From positions 50,095 to 114,094 of the IMG/VR virus record IMGVR_UViG_3300021961_000037: a DNA stretch of 64,000 nt; one strand, given 5' to 3'. The stretch comes from a virus. Numbering within the stretch: the stretch's first letter is position 1; each line of letters starts with the position of its first letter. Shown piece by piece: positions 55,561-63,941 of the stretch. The position numbers and the translations under genes were made by a program. Under the pieces are notes generated by a model that ran no database searches, had not been told where the DNA came from, and was given only the letters and a program-made list of their open reading frames with translations.

Positions 55561-56979
55561 ATGCTTAAATATATTTTGGCTGTCTCGCTAAGCGCATCAG
55601 CCGTAGTATCGCAACCACTAGAAAATGACAGTGGGTGGAGACCTGCGTGGGGTCTTGACAGAATCAACCAGCGCACTTTGCCACTTGACGACATATACAC
55701 CCACGACCTCACTGGCTCTGGGGTGGATGTTTATGTATTTGATTCTGGAATAAATTCGTCGCACGAAGAGTTCGGTGGCAGAGTTTCTGATGGTTTCACT
55801 GTAATAGACGACGGGCATGGGACGGAAGATTGCTCAGGACATGGAAGCCATACGGCAAGCCTTGTCGGTGGAGAAACATATGGTGTCGCCAAAGATGTCA
55901 ATTTGATACCAGTTCGTGTCCTGAACTGCAGTAATGGAAACGGCTCCAGCGCAACACTTTACACAGCGATTGATTGGATTATTGAACACCACGAAGATGG
56001 GTCGCCAGCAATAGTGAACATGAGCATCGGCATGCTCAAATCAACAGCATTTAACGAGGCTATGCGTTCATTGATTGACGATGGTCTTATCGTCGTTGGG
56101 GCTGCTGGCAATCAGGGCAGAGATGCGTGTTCGTATTCTCCAGCGTCCGAACCAATGATTATTTCTGTTGGGGGAACAGATAAAACCGATGTTCGTGGAA
56201 CACAGTCAAACTATGGAGCATGTGTAGATATTTTTGCTCCGGGCTGGGATTTGGTCGGTGCATGGGTTGGTGGGGACGATGTCTATCGGTCAAGTAGCGG
56301 AACGTCAAATGCTTCACCAATCGTCAGCGGAATTGTTGCTCTAATGCTTGAAGACGACCCGACAATGACACAGGATGATGTTGCCAACCTTCTCATTGAC
56401 ACGGCGACAGTGGACGCACTCTCTGGGCTTGGGGATGGAAGCCCAAACCTTCTTGCTTTCACATACATGTTGGATTCCGTCGAAGCGTCTGAAATTACTA
56501 CGACAACCACAACTACCACTACCACAACGACGGTTCCGCCAACAACCACAACCACCGCTTTGACGACAACCACAACCGTTCCAGCAACCACAACCGCACC
56601 GGAAGCATCTGGCCCCTCATCTGATTCTGGCGGTTCAGAGAGTGTTGAATCCGAGGGCGGTCAAGACAACCCACAGGAAGACACCAGAGAGGTGGCAGTT
56701 ACCACAACCACCACAACCACTACGACAACCACGACAACCACAACGGTTGCCAACACCCCCAAAATCACCGATGAGCCGATCACGACAACGACAGTCGCAA
56801 AAACCCCACTAACCAAGAATCAAATCAAATGTTTACGGCTATTCAAAAACCCAAAGAACATTTCATCAAAACAATTGAAGTTGAAATTCAGGAAATTCAA
56901 ATGCGCTAGGGTGAATCTTGTAAAAGAAACGGTAGGTGCACACAATGGCGACAAAAAGACGGAAAGCAAGAAGAAATAG
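55561..56979 (+). CDS. Secreted subtilisin-like S8 protease (aqualysin / proteinase K type)
   Basis: Signal peptide; 'WGLDRI'; triad FDSG / HGSHTA / SGTSNASP; 'AAGN'; poly-Thr tail. Confidence 0.92.
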   Translation: MLKYILAVSLSASAVVSQPLENDSGWRPAWGLDRINQRTLPLDDIYTHDLTGSGVDVYVFDSGINSSHEEFGGRVSDGFTVIDDGHGTEDCSGHGSHTASLVGGETYGVAKDVNLIPVRVLNCSNGNGSSATLYTAIDWIIEHHEDGSPAIVNMSIGMLKSTAFNEAMRSLIDDGLIVVGAAGNQGRDACSYSPASEPMIISVGGTDKTDVRGTQSNYGACVDIFAPGWDLVGAWVGGDDVYRSSSGTSNASPIVSGIVALMLEDDPTMTQDDVANLLIDTATVDALSGLGDGSPNLLAFTYMLDSVEASEITTTTTTTTTTTTVPPTTTTTALTTTTTVPATTTAPEASGPSSDSGGSESVESEGGQDNPQEDTREVAVTTTTTTTTTTTTTTTVANTPKITDEPITTTTVAKTPLTKNQIKCLRLFKNPKNISSKQLKLKFRKFKCARVNLVKETVGAHNGDKKTESKKK

Positions 56980-57673
56980 ACAAGAAACATATCTCTGCGG
57001 AATAGATGTCTCCCAATATCAAGGGGCTATTGCTTGGAAAAAGGTCGCAGAACACAAACTTGATTTTGCATACATTCGCAGCAATGTCGGAACAAAAGAA
57101 GACGAACGCCTTGAATACAACTCAAAACGAGTAAAGAAAAACAACATACCTTTCGGGTATTACGTTTATGTGAAGCCAGAACTTGATGCCGAAGAACAGG
57201 TTTCAATGCTTTTGGAGGCACACCACAAATATGGCGCAAATCTCATTCCACAAATTGATGTTGAACACCACGGCAACCTACACCCCAAACTGGTCAGACA
57301 GTCAGTTGACTACATTGTTCGCAGAGCAACAGAAGAACTAGGGAAACCACCGTCGATCTACAGCGGTGACTGGTTTTGGAATTCGCGCGTAAATTCACGT
57401 AGACACGGAAACTGCCCACTATGGGTTGCCAAATATGTTCAATACTCCAATGAGGCATTTGATAAAAACCCTGTTCCGGTTCCCCCATCAGAGTGGGCAA
57501 ATTGGGCTTTGTCTTTTTATAATCCCGCCCCACTCAAGGGGTGGAAAACGTGGGATGTCTGGCAATTTGCTGCTGGTTTCAACGGATGCGGAAAGCGGTA
57601 CGGTATGGTTTCAACAGATTTGGACCTGAATATCATGAAGGAACAGTCTTTTTCTAGATACCTATTGCAATGA
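56945..57673 (+). CDS. GH25 muramidase (second endolysin)
   Basis: 'GIDVSQYQG', 'DVE', 'LWVAKY', 'WQF', 'DLDLN'. Confidence 0.9.
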   Translation: MATKRRKARRNRQETYLCGIDVSQYQGAIAWKKVAEHKLDFAYIRSNVGTKEDERLEYNSKRVKKNNIPFGYYVYVKPELDAEEQVSMLLEAHHKYGANLIPQIDVEHHGNLHPKLVRQSVDYIVRRATEELGKPPSIYSGDWFWNSRVNSRRHGNCPLWVAKYVQYSNEAFDKNPVPVPPSEWANWALSFYNPAPLKGWKTWDVWQFAAGFNGCGKRYGMVSTDLDLNIMKEQSFSRYLLQ

Positions 57674-57699
57674 TTGTCATGTTCCCCTACTATGGGGAC

Positions 57700-57834
57700 A
57701 TGAAGAAAAACCCAATCACATTTCTGAAGGTTGTTGTTTATCTTGTTTTCCCGTTCTTCATTGCTTACCCGATGATGAATTGGCGCAAGATACGGAAACG
57801 CTATTTGTACGGGAATCACCCGCTCCACGAGTAA
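57700..57834 (+). CDS. 44-aa single-TM peptide; not in the ORF track
   Basis: MKKNPITFLKVVVYLVFPFFIAYPMMNWRKIRKRYLYGNHPLHE*; TACTAT-N6-ATG. Confidence 0.5.
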   Translation: MKKNPITFLKVVVYLVFPFFIAYPMMNWRKIRKRYLYGNHPLHE

Positions 57835-57987
57835 ATGTTTGTTGTCACTCTGTGGCGGTTTGCATTGGGGTAAAATAGATACATGGGCAGTTGTGATGCC
57901 CGAAAGGGAAAAATAGGACTTCCCTGCGTGGGGGAGCCGAACCCGAATTTTGTAGTTTATAGCAAATATTTGGACTAGTGTTGTTTC

Positions 57988-58323
57988 ATGGTATTGACTG
58001 ACGAAGCAATGATTTGGCACAACGACGGCCACTCTGTGGGGTTGCGCATCAATAAAGAAAACTTAGAAGTCATATCTGTTGTCTGCCCTCACGAAAACAC
58101 TAAAGACCGCCCATGCGGACACTCAGACACGGAGTGTGTAGTTAGATGGTTTCTAACAACATACGGGATGGAATGCAATGTCGGTGTAAGTAAACCGACC
58201 GATCTGCTTGGTGTTGCTTGGACATTCGTCGGCGAAACATACAAAGACCTTGGATCATGTCAAGTTTGGGTAATCCCCACAGAAGATGAGGCTTTTTCGG
58301 CATGGATGGTAACTCAAAGTTAA
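57988..58323 (+). CDS. Hypothetical Cys-containing protein
   Basis: 111 aa; TAGTGT-N6-ATG leaderless start. Confidence 0.65.
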   Translation: MVLTDEAMIWHNDGHSVGLRINKENLEVISVVCPHENTKDRPCGHSDTECVVRWFLTTYGMECNVGVSKPTDLLGVAWTFVGETYKDLGSCQVWVIPTEDEAFSAWMVTQS

Positions 58324-58511
58324 TAGGCGGACTACTGCTCTTTGCCATAGGGGTGGTCGCCGGCGCAATCTCAATAATTTTCTATTCAATGTTCTCGGAA
58401 TATAAGCGTCTTGAACTTGATAGAAAACGTATCAGGGATGACAGTTTTGATCGAGCGCTCAACAAATTTCTTCGGGATTTAGAACACAAGAAGAACGAGG
58501 ACGATTTCTAA
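58302..58511 (+). CDS. Small membrane protein
   Basis: One TM helix plus charged tail. Confidence 0.55.
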   Translation: MDGNSKLIGGLLLFAIGVVAGAISIIFYSMFSEYKRLELDRKRIRDDSFDRALNKFLRDLEHKKNEDDF

Positions 58512-58512
58512 C

Positions 58513-58716
58513 TCAGCCGATTTTTCGTAAAAGGTCGTCAATGATGTCCAAACTCTTGCCGTTTGCATCAATCATTGCTATTGCGAGTTCCCTCCAGCGA
58601 TCACGGTCTATCTCAAGTGCGTCAATCTCTCCAACAAGTTCTGTATTGAGCAACACTTGTTGATCGTATTGTTCTTCAAGGATTTCGTTCACCTTGCAGT
58701 CGCAGTCTTCACCCAT
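58513..58716 (-). CDS. Hypothetical coiled-coil protein
   Basis: Overlaps the upstream gene; GGAG-like RBS not clear. Confidence 0.55.
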   Translation of the reverse strand: MGEDCDCKVNEILEEQYDQQVLLNTELVGEIDALEIDRDRWRELAIAMIDANGKSLDIIDDLLRKIG

Positions 58717-58993
58717 TCAAATCACCAACCTCTACATCGGTTATTGTTTTGGAATCATACTGATATTTCTCATACATTGACATCAGGTTCTCTAGACACC
58801 TCATAAAGTTGGACCACCCATCCCGGTCTGACAAACCAACAAGCCCGTTCGTGGCTGTGACGGCGCGGGAAACCTGCCCCACCGACCATCGGTATTCAGC
58901 AAGTTCTTTTTCCAACTTTTCAACCTTGTATTCAAGGTCTTTCATTTGGCGAAATGTTTCCATATCCATTTTTGCTATCACTTTTTTAATCAT
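58709..58993 (-). CDS. Hypothetical protein
   Basis: AAGGA RBS; directly downstream of the tRNA. Confidence 0.6.
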   Translation of the reverse strand: MIKKVIAKMDMETFRQMKDLEYKVEKLEKELAEYRWSVGQVSRAVTATNGLVGLSDRDGWSNFMRCLENLMSMYEKYQYDSKTITDVEVGDLNG

Positions 58994-59006
58994 TGCAGTT
59001 TCCTTC

Positions 59007-59082
59007 TGGAGCCCGAGGTGGGAATCGAACCCACTGTCTCCTCATTACAAGTGAGGTGCATGGCCGAATATGCTTCTCGGGC
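59007..59082 (-). tRNA. trnT: tRNA-Thr(UGU), CCA encoded
   Basis: GCCCGAG/CTCGGGC acceptor stem; CCTCA-CTTGTAA-TGAGG anticodon arm; GTGGG-TTCGATT-CCCAC T arm. Confidence 0.92.
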
Positions 59083-59331
59083 CTAAACCTGTTCGCTATC
59101 TGCCATCTCTTCGTATGCGTTAAGCGCAGACACTACCCGTAGTGTCAAGTCATCTTGTTCAAACTCTTCCTTGAACACGGTTGAAACATATAGCGTGTTG
59201 TAGAGAACCGTTGCGACATGCTTCCATGTTTTCTGCTCAGATGTCTTTTCCTGTGATATCACTTCTGGTTGCGGTGATGAGTCGTTCAACTGTTCTGATG
59301 AGTCGTCTGAGGTCGGGGTGATATCTTGCAC
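59083..59331 (-). CDS. Hypothetical protein
   Basis: 82 aa; start uncertain because it overlaps the wHTH gene. Confidence 0.5.
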   Translation of the reverse strand: MQDITPTSDDSSEQLNDSSPQPEVISQEKTSEQKTWKHVATVLYNTLYVSTVFKEEFEQDDLTLRVVSALNAYEEMADSEQV

Positions 59332-59692
59332 TTTTGTAGTTTATCCGATATTCGTACCGTCCGGACACTTTTGTTCTTGTAATCATTCTGTCTTTTCCCA
59401 GTAGGGCTAAGGCTCTTATTACTGCTGTTTCCGAGCATCCCAGTGTTACTGACATCTCACGGACTGTGAGCCCTGGGCGCTCCACAAGCATCACCAGGAG
59501 TCTTCCTGCTGGCGTGAAGAGGTTTACCTTGCTCTTGGCGGCGTAAGTAATCAAGTTCTGCTCGTCAAGTTCCAAAAGTATGGATTCAACTAATTCTTTT
59601 ACATCTGCATTGTTGGCTATTGCCTGAGCAACGACCTTTTCTAATGGTTGCCTAAGCACATGGTCACGTCTGTTGTCGTGTGCTGAGGTCAT
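59237..59692 (-). CDS. Winged helix-turn-helix DNA-binding protein
   Basis: 'PGLTVREMSVTLGCSETAVIRALALL...MITRTKVSGRYEY'. Confidence 0.75.
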   Translation of the reverse strand: MTSAHDNRRDHVLRQPLEKVVAQAIANNADVKELVESILLELDEQNLITYAAKSKVNLFTPAGRLLVMLVERPGLTVREMSVTLGCSETAVIRALALLGKDRMITRTKVSGRYEYRINYKSARYHPDLRRLIRTVERLITATRSDITGKDI

Positions 59693-59847
59693 AGTCGTGC
59701 ATCGTATCACTGTGATAGCACGCATGTTTTCCAACAAAAAATCAAAACATCGGATTTATTTACTTTTGTATTTGCAAACACCCAACCGATGCTTGACAAA
59801 ACAATGCACATCATAGAAATATGTCATCATGGATACAAGGAGAAATC

Positions 59848-60141
59848 ATGACTAGTCAAGAGCAACCAAGAAAAGCCTTGCTTGGAAAACTCACGGAACT
59901 CACCGAAACAAGTGTGGATGCACCATGTCGAATCGGCGAAATCCACAAACAACTTGACCCGGAAACAGCACAAGCATTACTGAACGCTTTGCGCTCGGCG
60001 GCATCAACATCCGCCATCCACAAGGCAATCAAAGACGAAGGGTTACCACTCAGTAGGCACACCCTCAACCAAAAGAGGAAATGTTTCCGCCCACCCACAG
60101 ACGGGGAATGCCTCTGCTTCCCCAATAACACAGGAGCCTAA
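59848..60141 (+). CDS. Hypothetical protein
   Basis: AGGAG RBS; abuts the phosphoesterase. Confidence 0.6.
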   Translation: MTSQEQPRKALLGKLTELTETSVDAPCRIGEIHKQLDPETAQALLNALRSAASTSAIHKAIKDEGLPLSRHTLNQKRKCFRPPTDGECLCFPNNTGA

Positions 60142-61344
60142 ATGTCTCTCCACGACAAACTTACCTCAATGACCCTAGATGCAAACGGCACCCCAGACGG
60201 CGACCGGGCATGGGCACAAGTAGAACTAGACGGAGGAGAGTTATCCACAGGAGCCCTCGCCATCCCCCTCACAGGAGACTGGGACGGCATACTCCGCTCA
60301 TTCGGACTAGACCCCAACGTATTTGAAATCGTAGACGACACCGTCCGGATGTCCAAATGGCAAACATCCAAACGCCTAGAAAACGGAGAAAGAGACCTCA
60401 TCTGGCTCTACTCCTACAGGGCACGCTTCCGCCGCAAAAACATCACCGCACTCCCAGAAGACGAAATAGACAAACTCCGCAAAACTGTACAGAAATGGAA
60501 ACCTTACAAACCCACACTCAAGAACCCTGATAGCAACCCATCAACCTTCGTAATCTGCTGGGCAGACCAACAAATCGGCAAATCAGCAGGAGGCGGCGTA
60601 AAAGCCACAGTAGACCGAATCCTCCAATCCTTCACAGACTGCGAAACCCGCATCAAAGAACTCCGCAAAACTGGGCGGAACATTGAGAAGATTGCCATCG
60701 TCAACATGGGAGACCCAGTAGAAGGCTGCGACGGCAACTACGCCAGCCAATTGTTTACAGTTGAATTAACCCAACGACAACAACTCCTACTAGCACTCGA
60801 CCTATGGGCACAAGGAGTCCGGCACCTCGCCCCACTCGCAGAATCCTCAGAATTCGTCTCCGTACTCTGCAACCACGGCGAATGGATGCGCAGAAACGGC
60901 AAATCCGTCACCTCAGACTCAGACAACGCAGGAGGCTTCCTCACCGACGCCCTACAACGAGTATTGGAAGGACGACCAGAAGTAGAACACCTAGAGTGGC
61001 GAATCCCCCACGACGAGTTCACCACAACAACCGTGCTATCAGGCATCAAAGTCGCATTCACACACGGCCACAAGATCACAGGCAAAGAAATTGAATGGCT
61101 CCGAGGACAATCCATCCGCATCCTCCGAGAAGAAGGACAAGAACCCGACATCTGGGTAACCGCCCACAAACACCACCTCAACGTCCAAGACTTCGGCCCC
61201 TGGTACCGCTTCCAATGCCCATCCAACGACGGCGGCTCCAAATGGTATACGGACATGAGCGGACAATGGTCAACCCCTGGAACCCTCACATTCCTCGTCG
61301 GAAACCACGACCCACGAGGCTGGTCAGATATGGCAGTCCTATGA
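60142..61344 (+). CDS. Calcineurin-like metallophosphoesterase / putative nuclease
   Basis: 'ADQQIG', 'GDPVEG', 'NHG', 'HGH', 'AHKH' metal motifs. Confidence 0.8.
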   Translation: MSLHDKLTSMTLDANGTPDGDRAWAQVELDGGELSTGALAIPLTGDWDGILRSFGLDPNVFEIVDDTVRMSKWQTSKRLENGERDLIWLYSYRARFRRKNITALPEDEIDKLRKTVQKWKPYKPTLKNPDSNPSTFVICWADQQIGKSAGGGVKATVDRILQSFTDCETRIKELRKTGRNIEKIAIVNMGDPVEGCDGNYASQLFTVELTQRQQLLLALDLWAQGVRHLAPLAESSEFVSVLCNHGEWMRRNGKSVTSDSDNAGGFLTDALQRVLEGRPEVEHLEWRIPHDEFTTTTVLSGIKVAFTHGHKITGKEIEWLRGQSIRILREEGQEPDIWVTAHKHHLNVQDFGPWYRFQCPSNDGGSKWYTDMSGQWSTPGTLTFLVGNHDPRGWSDMAVL

Positions 61345-61547
61345 CCCTCACCTGCCCATGCCGATACACCAACATCTGGGGACACCGCCCAGTATGCGAC
61401 ACAGAAGACGACGATGAATAGACGCAACTTCCCCCATAAGCCCAACGATACCGATAGTTGCCGTCAGCGTCAACTCTACGCATCGCAGACACCTTGTGTA
61501 AAGCAACGCCGCATAATTCCTTCCACGATTCAAAAACGGGTATAAGC

Positions 61548-62162
61548 ATGACGACAGTTATCGGAATACAGGGAGACGAATACTGCCTCCTAGTAGCAGA
61601 CACCCGCATCTCCTCCACAACAGAAGACGGCATCCCCACCCAAATCAACACCCTCCGCTCAGACACCTCCAAAATCGCAGTAAACGGCAAATACCTCATC
61701 GCCACAGCAGGAGACCTCAGAGCCATCAACCTCCTCACCCACACACTCCAACTCCCCACCTGCCCACCCACACTAAAAGGCAAAAAACTAGACGAATTCA
61801 CCACCAACAAAATCATCCCCACCATCCGCCACCTCTTCGAAACACACGGCTACACCCACACCCCCACACAAGACAACCTCAAAGCCGGACACGACTCAGA
61901 ACTCCTCCTCGCCGTCAACAACACCCTCTACATCATTGACGGCGACTACGCCTGGTTCACCGACCAAAACAACACATACGCCATAGGCACAGGAGCCCCA
62001 TACGCCCTAGGAGCACTCAACGTACTCCCCCAACCCAAAAACCCCATCCAAGCACGCAAAAACGCCCTCAAAGCCATCGCCACCGCAGCCAAATACGACC
62101 CCAACACAGGACACCCATACCACACCCACATCCAACAAAACAGAAAAACTACAACAAAATGA
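61548..62162 (+). CDS. HslV / proteasome-beta-like Ntn threonine protease
   Basis: M-T-T-V-I-G N-terminus, 'ADTRIS', 'SKI', 'AGD', 'AIGTGAPYALGAL', 'DPNTG'. Confidence 0.85.
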   Translation: MTTVIGIQGDEYCLLVADTRISSTTEDGIPTQINTLRSDTSKIAVNGKYLIATAGDLRAINLLTHTLQLPTCPPTLKGKKLDEFTTNKIIPTIRHLFETHGYTHTPTQDNLKAGHDSELLLAVNNTLYIIDGDYAWFTDQNNTYAIGTGAPYALGALNVLPQPKNPIQARKNALKAIATAAKYDPNTGHPYHTHIQQNRKTTTK

Positions 62163-62476
62163 ACCACCAAAACCACACCCCACACCCCGATACACAAACA
62201 ACAAACAAATGGCAACAACACGCCAACTGCAAAGGCAAAACCAACCTCATGTTCCCCCAACACCACAAAGACATCACCTACATCATCAAAGCAAGAGAAC
62301 TCTGCTCCACCTGCCCAGTCACAACACAATGCCTCAACTACGCCCTCGAATACCACCCCATAGACATGCACGGCGTATGGGCAGGCATGACCAGCCGACA
62401 ACTCGCAGCAGAACAAAAACGACGAGGCATCAAACCAATACGCCCATCCATATCACAAATGTGGGAACTACTCTAA
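62159..62476 (+). CDS. whiB: WhiB-family Fe-S transcription factor
   Basis: W....C...C..CPV...CL.YAL...GVWAG. Confidence 0.92.
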   Translation: MNHQNHTPHPDTQTTNKWQQHANCKGKTNLMFPQHHKDITYIIKARELCSTCPVTTQCLNYALEYHPIDMHGVWAGMTSRQLAAEQKRRGIKPIRPSISQMWELL

Positions 62477-62533
62477 AACCCAAAAAAGTTCCCGCGTGCG
62501 TGGTTTTTTGTGGTTTGGTGTGGTTTTGTGTTT

Positions 62534-62606
62534 GCCCCTGTAACTCAGTGGTGAGAGTGGCACTCTTATAAGGTGTTGGTCGCAGGTTCGATTCCTGCCG
62601 GGGGCA
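62534..62606 (+). tRNA. trnI: tRNA-Ile(UAU), no encoded CCA
   Basis: GCCCCTG/CGGGGGC acceptor; ACTC/GAGT D stem; GCACT-CTTATAA-GGTGT anticodon arm; GCAGG-TTCGATT-CCTGC T arm; A73. Confidence 0.88.
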
Positions 62607-62609
62607 CGG

Positions 62610-62945
62610 TTAGGTGAGGCGGATTCCGCAGGTGTTGCAGTAGGTGTTTTGGTTTAGTTTTGTGGGGGTTTTGTTGCAGGTGGTTTGTCCGCAGGGTTGG
62701 AGTGTTTTTTCGCCTGTGAGGTAGTCGAGTACGGGTTGGAGTGGGTTGGGTGGGGTGTTGTTTTGGAGTGGGGGTTGGTTGTTGTGGGTGCGGGTTGCGT
62801 TGGTGAGGGTGCGCACCACATATGTTTGTAAACTTTCTTCACAGTTTTGTGCTGTGGTGATGAGTTGGTTTTTGAGCCAGCCTGGGATGGGGATGGTGAG
62901 GTGGACGGTGTGGTCTTCTCGGGCGGGTTTAGGTTTGTGTGGCAT
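62610..62945 (-). CDS. RHH-like DNA-binding protein with C-terminal Cys4 motif
   Basis: 'HLTIPIPGWLKNQL...SLQTYV..L'; C..C...CxxC. Confidence 0.55.
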   Translation of the reverse strand: MPHKPKPAREDHTVHLTIPIPGWLKNQLITTAQNCEESLQTYVVRTLTNATRTHNNQPPLQNNTPPNPLQPVLDYLTGEKTLQPCGQTTCNKTPTKLNQNTYCNTCGIRLT

Positions 62946-63102
62946 CGCGTTCTATGAGGGTGGTTAAGTATTCGGTGATGGACATGTCGTATGCTTCGGC
63001 TTGTTCGATGAGTTGGGTTTTGACGGTTGAGGTGATGCGGAGGGTGAGGGTGGTGTTTCGGGTTGTGGGGGGTTTGGGTGGGCGTCCTGTGCGCTTCTTC
63101 AT
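62929..63102 (-). CDS. Ribbon-helix-helix DNA-binding protein
   Basis: 'MKKRTGRPPK..TLTLRI...K.QL...A....MSITEYL..LI'; real start is inside the longer track ORF. Confidence 0.7.
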   Translation of the reverse strand: MKKRTGRPPKPPTTRNTTLTLRITSTVKTQLIEQAEAYDMSITEYLTTLIERDATQT

Positions 63103-63521
63103 AGGTTTACCGTAGCATTGTAGGTTTCTGTGAAATGTAGTCGATCTGCGTTGGTGTGGAGGTTGAGGCCGACTTGTTGGATGATGGTTTGTAGTTTGGG
63201 GTGGATGCTGGTTGTTTCTATGGTGCCGGCGTTGACGGTGTCTCTGATGTGTGTGTATTGGTTCCAGGCTTGTGCTGCTGTTGGGGGTGCGTCGGGGAGG
63301 CTTCGCAGGTATTCGGCTTTGAGCATTCCTGGGGTGGGGAGGTATTGTTCTCTGGTGGCGAGACGGTCTGCTGCTTGGAGGATTCCGTCTTTGGGTGTGT
63401 CGGCGAGTAGCCGATGCCATGCTCTGTAAACGTTTTTTTGGTTGTCGGGGAGGTTGGGGAGTTCTTTGTTCCACATGGCGTAGATGATTTCTACTGTTTC
63501 GGTGAGTTCTTCTTTGTTCAT
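63099..63521 (-). CDS. Replicative helicase loader/inhibitor (G39P-like)
   Basis: 'M...E....V..I...W...W..LL.D......A.......YLPTP..L'. Confidence 0.6.
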   Translation of the reverse strand: MNKEELTETVEIIYAMWNKELPNLPDNQKNVYRAWHRLLADTPKDGILQAADRLATREQYLPTPGMLKAEYLRSLPDAPPTAAQAWNQYTHIRDTVNAGTIETTSIHPKLQTIIQQVGLNLHTNADRLHFTETYNATVNL

Positions 63522-63557
63522 GTGCCGCTTTCCGCTACCGTCGCCTGTTGGATGGGG

Positions 63558-63941
63558 TTACCAGTTGGGGTCGTTGAGGAATTCTGTGCGGGCGTCCCGC
63601 TGTTCGCTGAGGGTGATGAAGCGTTCTACGTTGTCTGCGTGCCGGAAGATGAGTTCGATGTCGTTATATTTTTTGTTTCTGGGGTTGTGGCCCATGTGCC
63701 AGGGGGAGTTTTTGATGCCGTTGATGGCTTGTTTGCAGGCTTCGATTCCGTAGTCGTGGATTGCCCAACCGATGCGGATGGTGCGTTTGTCGTCTAGGAC
63801 GGCTTTGGAGGTGGGGTTGATGGTTTCTTTCCAGTGGGCGAACACTTGTTCTATGGCGTGTGGTGATACTTTGCGGGCTTTGGCTGCTTGTTGCCGGGTT
63901 TGTATGTGTGTTCGATCGGATTGTTTCACGGTAATCCCCAT
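63558..63941 (-). CDS. Replication initiator C-terminal-domain-like protein
   Basis: 'VFAHW..L.D.R...I..AI.G....PW.MG.N...KYN.IELI.R...VERF'; adjacent to the loader-like gene. Confidence 0.5.
   Translation of the reverse strand: MGITVKQSDRTHIQTRQQAAKARKVSPHAIEQVFAHWKETINPTSKAVLDDKRTIRIGWAIHDYGIEACKQAINGIKNSPWHMGHNPRNKKYNDIELIFRHADNVERFITLSEQRDARTEFLNDPNW

Noticed and set aside
50270-56760. ACN microsatellite-like tracts
   Set aside because: They encode poly-Thr linkers with mixed codons
59007-59082. tRNA as a prophage attachment site
   Set aside because: No integrase, no duplicated tRNA 3' end and no host-like genes on either side
60738-62416. Long minus-strand ORFs opposite the phosphoesterase, protease and whiB
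   Set aside because: Artefacts of the extreme skew; the plus-strand genes carry clear family motifs
62929-63474. 181-aa ORF in the track
   Set aside because: It overlaps the loader-like gene in another frame and stays open because A+C-rich DNA lacks stops; only 62929-63102 looks like a real protein
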